This document shows, in pieces, positions 42,543 through 53,646 of a stretch of DNA of 64,000 nt. The stretch's first letter is position 1, and each line of letters starts with the position of its first letter. The translations under genes and the position numbers were made by a program. The stretch is from Eledone cirrhosa (taxonomy: Eukaryota): contig OZ024744.1 in NCBI GenBank assembly GCA_964016885.1, positions 12,772,001 to 12,836,000 on the forward strand, in the 5' to 3' direction. Under the pieces are notes generated by a model. The model made no database searches, had not been told where the DNA came from, and saw only the letters and a program-made list of their open reading frames with translations.

Positions 42543-42670
42543 TCCACTGCAAAAAACCACCCAGCCCACACTGTAAAGTGGACGTGTAGGCGCCACAAAA
42601 AAAAAGCACCCAGAACTCACTATGAGGTTGGTGTTAGGAAGGGCATCCAGCTGTAGAAATCAAGCCAAAA
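42543..42670 (+). mobile_element. Isolated RTE 3' UTR fragment, inverted relative to the adjacent element
   Basis: ACCCAGCCCACACTGTAAAGTGGACGTGTAGGCGCCAC...GTTGGTGTTAGGAAGGGCATCCAGCTGTAGAAATCAAGCCAAAA is nearly identical to 51115-51235 and complementary to 42785-42938. Confidence 0.85.
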
Positions 42671-45600
42671 TCATCATCATCATCATTTTATGTCCGTTCT
42701 TCCATGCTAACCGAGGTTAGACGGGTTGTCCTGTTGTGGGCAGTGTCTGGTCGGCTGACCATGCCTTGCTCATACAGGAACTGATTTGGCTTCATTTCTA
42801 CAGCTGGATGCCCTTCCTAACACCAACCTCATTTACAGTGAGTGCTGGGTGCTTTTTTCCGTGGCGCCTACACGTCCACTTTACAGTGAGTGCTGGGTGC
42901 TTTTTTGCCGTGGCACCTCCACGACCACTTTGCAGTGGGAGGGTGTGGGGGCATATTGTCTATATGCTTCAGCTTGTACCCATGGGAGGTCGGGTACTCT
43001 GTATTACTGAGTGACGCCAGAAGTCACGGTTGTGTCTCATCGCCTTTGAGAGGTGTAATTGGGTAAGGTCGGCTTTTATCACCTCATCCCAGGTCATCTT
43101 GGGTCTCCCCACTCCGTGGTTTCCATCGACTTCTAGTGCTCTACACCTTTTTATGCAGCTTCATCCTTCATACGCATCACATATCCATACCAACACACAT
43201 TTGTTTCCTCTTATGCTCAGTCTCTCTCTTAACTCATTTATGCTTTGCCGTTTGCGTATATTACTATTACACATCCATTGGAACATGCAGGCTTCATTTC
43301 TTTCTAATCTACGCAAGTCTTCCACCTCCAGCGCCCAGGTCTCACTACCATGTAACATTGCTGTTTGGATACACGCATCATACAGTCTGCCTTTCATTTT
43401 GAGGGAGAAGCCTTTTGCAGCTAGCAGTAGCAGTAGTTCGCTGAACTTCTTCCATCCCATTCTTACCCTAGTTATTGTACTTTCCGAACACCCACCTCCA
43501 CTGCTAATTCGGTCACCTAGGCAGTAGAAGCTGTCTACTGTTTCTACAGAGCTCTCCCAGAGATTGGTGGTACTTGTTTTCTGTGGCTGTTTGCTGCTTG
43601 CTGTCCCAGCACAGCTGCTACATGTGAAGCCTACATTCTTAATTAAGCTTCCCGAGATCCCGCTACATCTCTTGTATACCCATTGTTTGCATTTGGGCCA
43701 GAGAATGGAGTTCCTACCTACATACTGAGCAAGGCCATTTCCCTGAGGGGATCTGGGTTCTGTTTTCTAGTCTACTTACAAGGACCTTAGTCTTTGTCAG
43801 GTTGACTTTGAGACCCTTTCTTTCTAGTCCTTGCTTCCAAATTTGGAATTTCTTTTCTAGTTCTACCATAGATTCAGCTATAAGTGCGAGGTCATCTGCA
43901 TACAGGAGTTCCCATGGGCATCCGGTCTTAAACTCCTCCGTTATTGCCTACAGGACTATGATGAACAGGAGAGGGCTAAGAACAGAGCCCTGGTGGACAC
44001 CGACCTGTATGCTAAATTCCTCGCTATAGTCATTGTTAACCCTAATTTTGATGACTGCTCCCCTATACATGGCTTGTACAGCTTTCACAAGCCATTCATC
44101 TACTCCTATTTTTATAAGAGCCCACCAGATTATAACACGGGGAACTCTGTCAAAAGTTTTCTCCAGATTAACAAATGCCAGGTAGAGTGGCTTACTTTTA
44201 GCTGGGTACTTTTCCTGTAACTGCCTCACAAGGAAGAGGGCATCAGTGGTGCCTATTCCTGGTACAAAGCCAAATTGCATCTCATCTAATTTCACCCGGT
44301 CCCTAATCAACTGTGCTATAAATCTTTCTGTTACTTTCATGACCTGGTCCATCAGCTTTATACCTCTATAGTTTCCTCTATCTAGTGCATCACCTTTACC
44401 TTTGTAGCAGTTGACAATGATGCTACTGCACCAATCTTTTGGTATGACACCTTCTAGTATTACCTGGTTAACAATACGTGTGGTTATAGTGTGACCTACA
44501 GACCCAGATGCCTTCAGCATCTCGGCAGCTATACCCGATGGACCGGTTGCCTTCCCCATCTTCATATCTTTGATTGCCTTACTTACTACGCTGCTGCTGA
44601 CCCCTCTATAGGGTCTACTTGGAGTAGGGTCTCTTATTCCCATGCATTCTCCTTATTTAGTAATCTATCATAATGGCTCTTTCTTCTCAGCACTTGTGAG
44701 GGCAAGCTCACCTTTATCATTCCGGATACACTTCTCTCCAATGACATCACAATTCTCTCTGACACACTGCCTCGCAATCTTGAACACCTCCTGTTTCTGG
44801 TCCTCATGTTGCAAAACATGCTTGAATTTTCTATCCTCTGCTTCCCTCCTAGCTAAGTATACTTGTCGCCTAGCTTCCCTCTTGGTCTCTATGTAATGTA
44901 CCATGCTTCCCCCGTTTTTTCCATGCCTGTCTCTTGGCCTTAACTGCCTCATCTACCTTATTGTTCCACCACCAAGTCACTCTCCTCCTGCTTGTGGTCT
45001 TACTCCAGCCACAGATCTCATCCGTCGCCTCTAGTAAGTTATTTTTTAGGAACTCCCAGTGCTCTTCTACATTGAATGTCTCTATCTGTTCTTCTTTACT
45101 GTCGTAGGCGTTGAGTAAAATATCTTTAAATCTGTTACTGGCTGAGGGGTTTTTCAGCTTCCAGATCTTTCTTCTCCAGGTTCGTCTAGTTCTGACCGTG
45201 AGGTCGCTGACAACTAAGCTATGTTGGGAGGTACATTCCTCACTAGGGAAGGCTTTTGTGTTTATGACCGTCCATCTGTCACGTCCTCTGATGAGGATAA
45301 AATCTATCTGACTGGAGTGCTCCCCAGATCTATGGGTGATCAGGTGGTTGCCGGGTTTTTTGAAGTTTGTGTTACATATCGACATGTCATTGGCATCACA
45401 GAATTCTAGAAGCCTGAAGCCTTCTTCATTTCTTGTGCCAACCCCATGGCCTCCATGGACTCTATTGAAGCCGTCACAGTGTTTACCTACGTGTCCGTTA
45501 AAATCTCCTGCGATGATTAGGAAGTCATTGTCATTTGTTAGAGCAGTAGTGTGCATTAGGGACTCGTAAAACCTATCCTTAAGTTTGTCTGGCAACCCCG

Positions 45601-46052
45601 ATTGGGGAGAGTAAGCTGATATTATTGTGGTAATTGTTTTATTCAGGACTAGTCTGAGTTTAATGATTCTTGCATTTACCCTGTTCACTGAGATCACTTT
45701 ATCTACCCACTTGTCAGCTAGTAGAATACCTACACCACCCATCACATCGTCATTTCCCACCCAGAAAAATTTGTAGCACTGACTTTTTCCTACAAGGACT
45801 CTAGCAGACTCTCCTCTCCATCTAGTCTCTTGCACAAAGGATACATCAATTTCCTTTCGCTCTAGCATCTCTGATTTCTCCTGCTCTTCCTTTCATTGTG
45901 CTTACATTGATGGTACCAACTCGGAGTTTTGGGCATTTGTCAACTTTTGTGGGGAAGGGTCGATTTTTGCAGGGGTGTGCGTGTGCTTCCTGTCTCTGAA
46001 TTGAAGCTTCACATGGGTGCTTGGTAGCTCGCGGATTCATATTCATTTTCAT
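42671..46052 (-). mobile_element. Near full-length RTE-clade LINE, disrupted by stops and frameshifts
   Basis: APE endonuclease (VGTINV, VQETRW, SAYSPQ, AGDFNGHVG, SQIDF, SQHSLV) at 44870-46052. RT (NYRGIKL, QFGFVPG, GVHQGSVLSP, CPWELLYADD) at ~43860-44643. C-terminal LHGSETW at 43161-43460. 3' UTR and (GAT)n tail at 42671-42686. Confidence 0.95.
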
Positions 46053-46299
46053 TTATTAATTCAGGGTTGCTCCATTTATTCTCAGCTCATCCATACATAA
46101 TGGTAGGAAAATTCAGGGCTAGAAGAACAGTGGTGGTGGTAATAATGGCAGGGTGTGTTGGGCTGGGACGGGGGAGGAGAGAGTTAGGTAGTAACAGAAA
46201 TGGCAGGGTTTGTAGGGGTTGGTAGTGGGTGAGAGGGGCATGCTGAGGTTTGATTGGTCGAATAGGCTATGGTGGTGTGAGGGAAATTGTGAGGTAGGT

Positions 46300-46525
46300 A
46301 CCATCATGGCAAAATAAACCAACAGGAGTAAATACAACACTAATAATAGTGTAAGAGAGAGGAAGAGAGTAGATGACTTCGTAGGTAGCCAAATCATGGC
46401 CTGTAGCATCTCATGGCAAAATAGACGGATAGGAGTAGATGACTTTGAAGAGAAAGCGAAATGATAAATAAAACAACACTAATAATAGTCTAAGAGAGAG
46501 GAGAGTAGATGACTTCCTAGATGTG
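46300..46525. repeat. Imperfect direct repeats, possibly in the RTE 5' UTR
   Basis: CATGGCAAAATA x2, ACAACACTAATAATAGT x2 and GAGTAGATGACTT x3. Confidence 0.5.
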
Positions 46526-46802
46526 TCTTTTTATTGAGGCGGTGGGGTTATTATTGTTAGAGCACCTATTATAGAAGGTATCACAGTAGAGTTCCAAAGA
46601 CAAGGACATCTGACCATGGAATGCTACTTTAAAATATCTTGTCTAACCCATGCTAGAAGGGAAAATCAGACATAAAAAAGATTTATTATTACTATTTAAG
46701 TAGTTGTACTTTTATTGTGTGCTTTCATTGCATTATCAAGCACAGCCCTGTGGAGCTGGGATATATAGTTTCTTTCTTTCTCTTTTTTTTAATGATATTC
46801 AA

Positions 46803-46990
46803 AGTACTCTATATAATATATGTAGTACCTAGAAGTGATATTTTCTGAATGTTGTATATATTTGTAGGTCCTGGTGTACTCTATATAATATATGTAGTAC
46901 CTAGAAGTAATATTTTCTGAATGTTGTATATATTTGTAGGTCGTGGTGTACTCTATGTAATGTGCATAGTACCTAGAAGTGATATTTTCT
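46803..46990. repeat. AT-rich minisatellite, ~72-bp unit, ~2.6 copies
   Basis: GTACTCTATATAATATATGTAGTACCTAGAAGT(G/A)ATATTTTCTGAATGTTGTATATATTTGTAGGTC..GGT is repeated. Confidence 0.85.
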
Positions 46991-46992
46991 GT

Positions 46993-48393
46993 TATCGTCA
47001 TCATCACCGTTTTACGTCCATTCTTCCACACTAGCATGGATAGACGGGTTGTCCTGTTGCGGGCAATGCCAGATCAAGTGACCATGTCTTGCTCATACAG
47101 AACTGATTTTGGCTTGGTTTCTACAGCTGGATGCCCTTCCTAATGCCAACCTCATTTACAGAGTGTACTGGGTGCTTCTGGTTGTGATACCGACACAACC
47201 ACTTTACAGTGTGGGTGTTTTTGTTGTGACACCTACATGACCACTTTACAGTGGGAGGGTGGGGTGGGGCATACTGTATATATGCTTCAGCTTCAGCCTG
47301 TGCCAAGTCAGGTCTTCTATATTACTGCATAATGCCAGAGATCTCGGTCCTGTGTCGTCACCTTTGAGAGGTGCAATTGGGCAAGGTCAGCTTTTATCAC
47401 TTCATCCCAAGTCTTCCTGGGTCTCTTCACTTCAAGGCGTCCATTGACTTTGAGTGCTCTGCACCTTTTTATGCAGCTGTCATCCTTTATACGCATCACA
47501 TGTCCATATCAACGTAATCTCCTCTCCTGCACACATCATTTGATTCCTCTTATGCCTAATCTCTCTCTCAATTCATTTATGCTTTGCCATTCACGTATAT
47601 TACTATTATACATCCATCAGAGCATGCAAGCTTCATTTCTTTCTAATCTACGCAAGTCTTCTACAGACAGCGCCCAGATCTCACTACCATGTAACATTGC
47701 TGTTTGTATGCACACATCATACAGTCTGCCTTTCATTTTGAGGGAGAAGCCTTTTGTAGCCACCAGTGGTAGTAGCTCCATGAACTTCTTCCATTCCATT
47801 CTTACTCTGGCTACTGTACTTTCAGAACACTGCCTCACCCCTATCTAGTGCATCACCTTTACCCTTGGAGCAGTTGGCAATGATTCTGCTGCACCAATCC
47901 TTTAGTATGATACCATCTAGTATTACTTGGTTTACAATACGTGTGGTTATGGTGTGACCTACCAACCCAGATGCTTTCAGCATCTCGGCAGCTATACCCG
48001 ATGGACCGCTTGCCTTCCCAGTCTTCATATCCTTAATTGCCTTACTTACTACACTGCTGCTGACTTGTATTGCTGGGCCCTCTATAGGGTCCACTTGGGG
48101 TAGGGTTTCTTTCTCCCATGCATTTCTCCTCATTCAGTAATCTTTCATAAAAAAGCTGTGTGGAAGACCACACAGCTTTCTTCTCAGCACTTGTGAGGAC
48201 AAGCTCACCTTTATCATCCCGGACACACTTCTCACTAATGACATCACACTTTTCTCTAACATACTGTCTTGCAATCCTGAACACCTCCTCTTACTGGTCC
48301 TCACGCTGTAAAACATGCTTGAATTTTTTATTATCCGCTTCCCTTCTAGCTAAGTATACTTGTCGTCTAGCTTCCCTCCTGGTCTCTATGTAA
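46993..48393 (-). mobile_element. 5'-truncated RTE LINE with internal deletion of the RT core
   Basis: Tail ATCGTCATCATCACCGTTTT, 3' UTR and C-terminal region (47317-47838). At ~47838 the sequence jumps directly to KGKGDALDRG, so the segment containing YADD is missing. Homology to 44380-44896 runs until ~48393. Confidence 0.93.
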
Positions 48394-48429
48394 TATATGT
48401 TGAGTATAAGTGGAAATCTTGCTATATTC

Positions 48430-48810
48430 TACATGTAGAGTACCTAGTACAGCTATTTGCTGTATATGTAGAGGTCTTACTGTACTCTATATGTGTACAG
48501 TACCTAGTACTGCTATTTGCTGTATATATAGAAATATTACTGTACTCTATATAATGTGTACAGTACCTAGTACTGCTATTTGCTGTGTATATAGAAATAT
48601 TACTGTACTCTATATGTGTACAGTACCTAGTACTGCTATTTGCTGTATATATAGAAATATTACTGTACTCTATATGTGTACAGTAACTAGTACTGCTATT
48701 TGCTGTATATATAGAAATATTACTGTACTCTATATAATGTGTACAGTAACTAGTACTGCTATTTGCCGTATATGTAGAAATCCTGTGATATTCTACTTGT
48801 GTATAATACC
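48430..48810. repeat. AT-rich minisatellite, 60/63-bp unit, ~6 copies
   Basis: TACTGTACTCTATAT(AAT)GTGTACAGTACCTAGTACTGCTATTTGCTGTATATATAGAAATAT is repeated; lines 48601 and 48661 differ at one base. Confidence 0.92.
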
Positions 48811-49279
48811 TACTACTGCCAGGTGCTGTGTATTGTGTATATGTGTGGAAGTCCTTGGTTATTCTATGTAAAATATGTGTGATATCTAGCTGTGATATTT
48901 TCTATATGATGTGTATATGTTTAGTTATGCATGTCTGTATTTTTAATCAGTTGCAACTAATATGAGGATTACCATCTCTATTTCCAGATTTTTTATATTT
49001 GGATACATTTTTTTTTCTGGGGTAGTATTTCAGTTTAGGATAGAAAAAGCAGGAAGTTAATATTGTATCAGAAGCAAATGCAAAAGAATATATTTCAAAC
49101 AAATGTATTTTTTAAATTTAAGGTTCTATTTACTTCTTACAGTTATAACTGCTGCTGCTAGCCTTTGAAAAGAAAAAAAAAGGTAGAATTGTGTTCCAAG
49201 CCTGGAAACTTACACTAGTTTCATTGGTATCTAATGACTGAGATAGGACACATGTCCATCCCAGATTTAAACTCCAGTT

Positions 49280-49425
49280 ACAGCAGGTATTCATTTTTCA
49301 GCTGAGTGGACTGAAGCTACATGAAATGAAGTACTTTGCTCAAGGACACAACATGCTACTCAATCCAAGAATTGAACTTATGATGTTATGATCATAAAGC
49401 TAACACTGTAATAACTGAGGCCATC
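49280..49425 (-). mobile_element. Degenerate tRNA-derived SINE fragment (family of 42377)
   Basis: CAGCTGAGTGGACTGAAGC...TTGCTCAAGGACACAAC...AATTGAAC is the reverse complement of the SINE head and core. Confidence 0.7.
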
Positions 49426-49588
49426 TGTCATATTGCAGCTATGGTTGCTGTTGCTAGAACTATAAACTCTATATTGTTTGCTGTTCATGTTGCTCCAACT
49501 GAGGCCATCTGTCATATTGCAACTATGGTTGCTGTTGCTAGAATTCACTATAAACTCTATACTGTTTGCTGTTCATGCTGCCTCAACT
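49413..49588. repeat. Tandem duplication, ~84-bp unit x2
   Basis: AACTGAGGCCATCTGTCATATTGCA(G/A)CTATGGTTGCTGTTGCTAGAA... starts at 49413 and again at 49497. Confidence 0.9.
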
Positions 49589-49624
49589 AACTGAGTAAAA
49601 AAAAAAACATCTCTTGTGTCTGAT

Positions 49625-50090
49625 GCTAATTCTTCTTCTATACATCTGATACTGGTGCCATATCGAAGTTCCTCTTCCACTTCACCCTGTCTAGCATTAC
49701 TCTCTGAATTTCCCCAGCCTCTAACTCAGTGTTATCTTCAAGAACATCCATCAGTGTTGTGGTTGGTCCGCCTACTTGTTTACACACATCAGGTTTCCAG
49801 AAAAGGACTCTGCCATCAGATTCATTTTGACATTTCACATGTCCATCTAATGTGTGCCTCCTACACTTTATGATGTCAGAAAGGTGAAGATGTGAAGTGT
49901 AGAGTGATTTCTTTGCTATGTGTTTTCTGCAAGATATGTTCTGGACCTTTCTCAGCATCAAGGAGAATATACCATTAAGCCTCTTTGGGAGTATTTTTGT
50001 CAGTGTCCATGACTCGCATCCATAGAGGAGAATGGACTCAACCATTGCTTGGAATAGCTTTGAATAGTTTTCTTGACCAGAGACACCCAT
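49625..50090 (-). mobile_element. 3' fragment of a second LINE family (RTE/RTEX-like C-terminus)
   Basis: KLFQAMVESILLYGCESWTLTK...MLRKVQNISCRKH...RRHTLDGHV resembles the LYGxExW...RRLRxxGH C-terminal region of RTE-group ORF2. It is clearly divergent from the other copies here. Confidence 0.8.
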
Positions 50091-50227
50091 ACCTTTGATA
50101 GGGAGTTCAGAGCCCCTATGCCTTGCCTATCCTGGTGTCCACATTTTATTTTATGAACACAGCTGTTAATACTATATTATTTCCTAGCTCTTCTGTCCTA
50201 AAGTAAACTACTTTATAATACGGAACT

Positions 50228-50752
50228 TAGCTAGAATAAGAACAGGATAGAGAGCTACTGCCTCTGTTGACAACTGAACGCTACTCTCATGAGAAGGACT
50301 GGCTGTATGATGCCTGCATGCAATGTGCAATGTTGCATTGCAGTGAAACATGGGCAGTGAATGTAGAAGATATATGGGAATGTTTAAATGAATGTGCAAC
50401 ATTAATATGCATGAATGACAAAATAGGGATGAACTAAGTGAAAAGCTGGGTTTAACAGGAATCAGATGTAGCATGTAAGCGAGAAGACAGTGCTGGTATG
50501 GTCATGTAATGCATATGGATGATGGCCATTGTGTGAAGAAGTGCCAAGAAATCCCAGTGGAAGGAAGCTGCGATAGAGGATGACCCAAAAAGACTTAGGC
50601 AGAGATAGTGAACGATGATCTTAAATCACTGAAGCTCTCAGAGGAAATGACAAAGACCTACAACAAGTGAAGAGATGCTGTGCTAGAAAAGACCTGCCCA
50701 ACCCATGCAAGCTTGGAAAAAAGAATGTAAAATAGTGATGATGATGATAATA
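50228..50752 (+). mobile_element. Old degenerate RTE 3' fragment (short 3' UTR type)
   Basis: Decayed LYDAC...AMLHxSETWA and WYGHV codons. Ends ACCCATGCAAGCTTGGAAAA...(GAT)n and lacks the 48-bp-like repeats. Confidence 0.85.
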
Positions 50753-50759
50753 AAATTCA

Positions 50760-51352
50760 TTAGCAGATCAGAGAGAGACTGCGCATAAGAGGAATCAAAT
50801 GCTGTGTGCAGGAGAGGCGGTTGCGTTGGTATGGACATGTGATGCGTATGAAGGATGACAGCTGCATAAAAAGGTGCAGAGCACTAGAAGTCAATGGAAC
50901 CGCGGAGTGGGGAGACCCAAGAAAACCTGGGATGAGGTGATAAAAGCCGACCTTACCCAATTACACCTCTCAAAGGCAATGACACACGACCATGACCTCT
51001 GGCGTCACGCAGTAATACAGAGTACCCAACCTCCCATGGGTACAAGCTGAAGCATATAGAGAATGTGCCCCACACCCTCCCACTGCAAAGTGGTCGTGGA
51101 GGTGCCACGGCAAAAAAGCACCCAGCCCACACTGTAGAGTGGACATGTAGGTGCCACAGAAAAAAGCACCCAGCACTCACTGTAAACGAGGTTGGTGTTA
51201 GGAAGGGCATCAAGCTGTAGAAATCAAGCCAAAATCAGTTCCTGTATGATCAAGGCATGGTCAGCCGACCAAAGACTGCCCACAACAGGACAACCCGTCT
51301 AACCCATGCTAGCATGGAAGAACGGACGTAAAACGGTGATGAGATGATGATT
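50760..51352 (+). mobile_element. RTE 3' fragment, same subfamily as the 42671-46052 element
   Basis: RGIKCCVQERRLRWYGHVMRMKDDSCIKRC coding, then a 3' UTR nearly identical to the reverse complement of 42690-43030, then a GAT-type tail. Confidence 0.93.
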
Positions 51353-51559
51353 GTATGGTGAAAGAACCCAGAAAAAGAAATAAAGGTACACAGTTCCACC
51401 CACAATCTACTAATATAATATCCTTGTATATTTGTCCATCACACACTAGAGATGACTGAGTAAAGAAGGGGTGATTACCTTAACTGAGGAAGGAAGGGTG
51501 GCAGCGTCTAATATTCACTATACGCGTGTATGTATAGATAGAGAATTAGCTACACACAT

Positions 51560-53646
51560 TGGGAGAAAGACAGTCTCCCCCACATCGATCCAATAGAGGG
51601 ACCAGCAGTGTTAGTTGAAGGTAGTATAATAAGTAAGGCAATCAAAGATATGAAGACGTGTAAGGCGGCTGGGCCTTCGGAAATAGTTGCTGAAATGCTG
51701 AAAGCATCTGCAACGGTGGGACACACTATGGTCACCCAGATAGTAAACCAAGTCATACAGAATGGGGTCGTTCCGAAGGACTGGCATAGCAGCATCATCA
51801 TTAACTGCTACAAGGGTAAAGGAGATGCCCTAGATAGGGGTAACTATAGAGGCATTAAATTAATCGACCAGGTCATGAAGATCACAGAAAAAGTAATAGC
51901 GCAACTAATCAGAGAGCGAATTGATCTAGATGAAATGCAGTTCGGGTTTGTGTCAGGTAAAAGTACCACAGACGCTCTTTTCATTGTACGACAACTACAG
52001 GAGAAGTACCTAGCTAAAAGTAAACCCCTATATTTAGCTTTTGTTGACTTGGAGAAAGCCTTTGACAGAGTCCCCCGCTCCATTATCTGGTGGGTTCTTA
52101 GAAAACTAGGTGTTGATGAATGGCTTGTGAGAGCTATACAAGCCATGTATAAAGAAACAGTAAGCAAGGTTAGAATTAACAACGAATATAGTGAAGAGTT
52201 TAGCGTAAAGGTTGGTGTTCATCAGGGCTCCATCCTTAGCCTCCTCCTATTTATTATTGTCCTTCAGGCTATAACAGAGGAGTTCAAGACCGGCTGCCCA
52301 TGGGAACTCCTATACGCAGATGATCTAACGCTCATAGCTGAATCAATGGCCGAACTAGAGAAGAAATTCCAAATATGGAAGCATGGCCTAGAATCAAAAT
52401 GCCTTAAAATTAACCTGTCTAAGACTAAAGTTCTAGTTTGTAGGAAGGAAAATAGGGCACCAGTCCCATCTGGGAAATGGCCATGCTCAGTGTGTAGGAA
52501 AGGAGTAGGCAGAAACTCCATTTTATGTCCCAAATGCAAAGTATGGGTGCATAAAAGATGTAGTGGAATCACAGGTAAGCTAACTAAGAATATAGATTTT
52601 ATATGTGGCCGGTGCTCTGGTGCAATAAGTAGCAGCAAGTGCCCACAGAATACTAGCTCATTCCATTGCACATATGGTTCTATAGAAATAGTGGACACCT
52701 TCCATTACCTGGGTGACAAAATCAGCAGTGGGGGAAGGTGTTCTGAAAGTACAGTAGCTAGAGTCAGAACTGGATGGGAAAAGTTCAGAGAGCTTATACC
52801 ACTATTGGCCGCTAAAGGGTTCTCACTAAAAATGAAAGGCAGGTTGTATGATGCCTGCATACGAACAGCAATGTTGCATGGCAGTGAGACCTGGGCATTG
52901 TGTGCAGAGGATATACGCAGACTGGAGAGGAACGAAGCTTGCATGCTCCGCTGGATGTGTAATAGTAATATACGTGAACGGCAAAACATAAACAAACTAA
53001 AGGAGAAATTAGGAATAAGAGGGATCAGATGTTGTTTACTCGAGAGAAGACTACGTTGGTATGGTCACGTGATGCGCATGAAAGACGACAGCTGTATAAA
53101 AAAGTGCAGGGCGATAAAAATAGATGGTAGCCACGGAGTAGGCAGACCCAGAAAAACCTGGGACGACTTGCTAAACTCCGACCTCACACACTTACACCTC
53201 TCCAAGACAATGTCACTGGACCGAGATCTTTGGCGATACACAGTAATACAGAAGACCTGCCTTGCCTAAGTACAAAGCGAAACCTACAGTCAGTAGGCAC
53301 CTCTAACAAAAATACACCCCGGCCCCACTACCCCCACCCCTTCCAATGTAAAGTTGTGTTGGTACCACAGCATCCAGTCCGAAAAAAATGAGGGCGTGTA
53401 GGTGTCACAACAAAAACACACACAGTCCACGCTGTAATGTGGCTGTGTAGGTAACATGGTAAAAACCTCCCAGTCCACACTGTACATGTGGTTGGTGTTA
53501 GGAAGGGCATCCAGCCATAGAAAACCCGCCAGACAGTCCTATGCGAGCAAGACAACCTGTCTTGCCTCAAGTGGGAAAATTCCTGTCCAAACCCATGCTA
53601 GCGTGGAAGATGGACGTTAAACGATGATGATGATGATGATGATGAT
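51560..53646 (+). mobile_element. 5'-truncated RTE LINE with uninterrupted RT reading frame
   Basis: Homology starts at WEKDSLPHIDPIEGP. Open frame to 53269, then a 3' UTR with satellite-like repeats and a (GAT)n tail at ~53623-53646. Confidence 0.96.
51608..53269 (+). CDS. RTE reverse transcriptase ORF (lacks endonuclease; contains a PHD-like Cys cluster)
   Basis: 553 aa with NYRGIKL, QFGFVSG, AFVDLEKAFDRVP, GVHQGS, LLYADDL, YLG and RRLRWYGHV motifs. Probably not expressed because the copy is 5'-truncated. Confidence 0.8.
   Translation: MLVEGSIISKAIKDMKTCKAAGPSEIVAEMLKASATVGHTMVTQIVNQVIQNGVVPKDWHSSIIINCYKGKGDALDRGNYRGIKLIDQVMKITEKVIAQLIRERIDLDEMQFGFVSGKSTTDALFIVRQLQEKYLAKSKPLYLAFVDLEKAFDRVPRSIIWWVLRKLGVDEWLVRAIQAMYKETVSKVRINNEYSEEFSVKVGVHQGSILSLLLFIIVLQAITEEFKTGCPWELLYADDLTLIAESMAELEKKFQIWKHGLESKCLKINLSKTKVLVCRKENRAPVPSGKWPCSVCRKGVGRNSILCPKCKVWVHKRCSGITGKLTKNIDFICGRCSGAISSSKCPQNTSSFHCTYGSIEIVDTFHYLGDKISSGGRCSESTVARVRTGWEKFRELIPLLAAKGFSLKMKGRLYDACIRTAMLHGSETWALCAEDIRRLERNEACMLRWMCNSNIRERQNINKLKEKLGIRGIRCCLLERRLRWYGHVMRMKDDSCIKKCRAIKIDGSHGVGRPRKTWDDLLNSDLTHLHLSKTMSLDRDLWRYTVIQKTCLA

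Noticed and set aside
48410-48871. 153-aa Cys/Tyr-rich ORF
   Set aside because: It is a translation of the 60/63-bp minisatellite.
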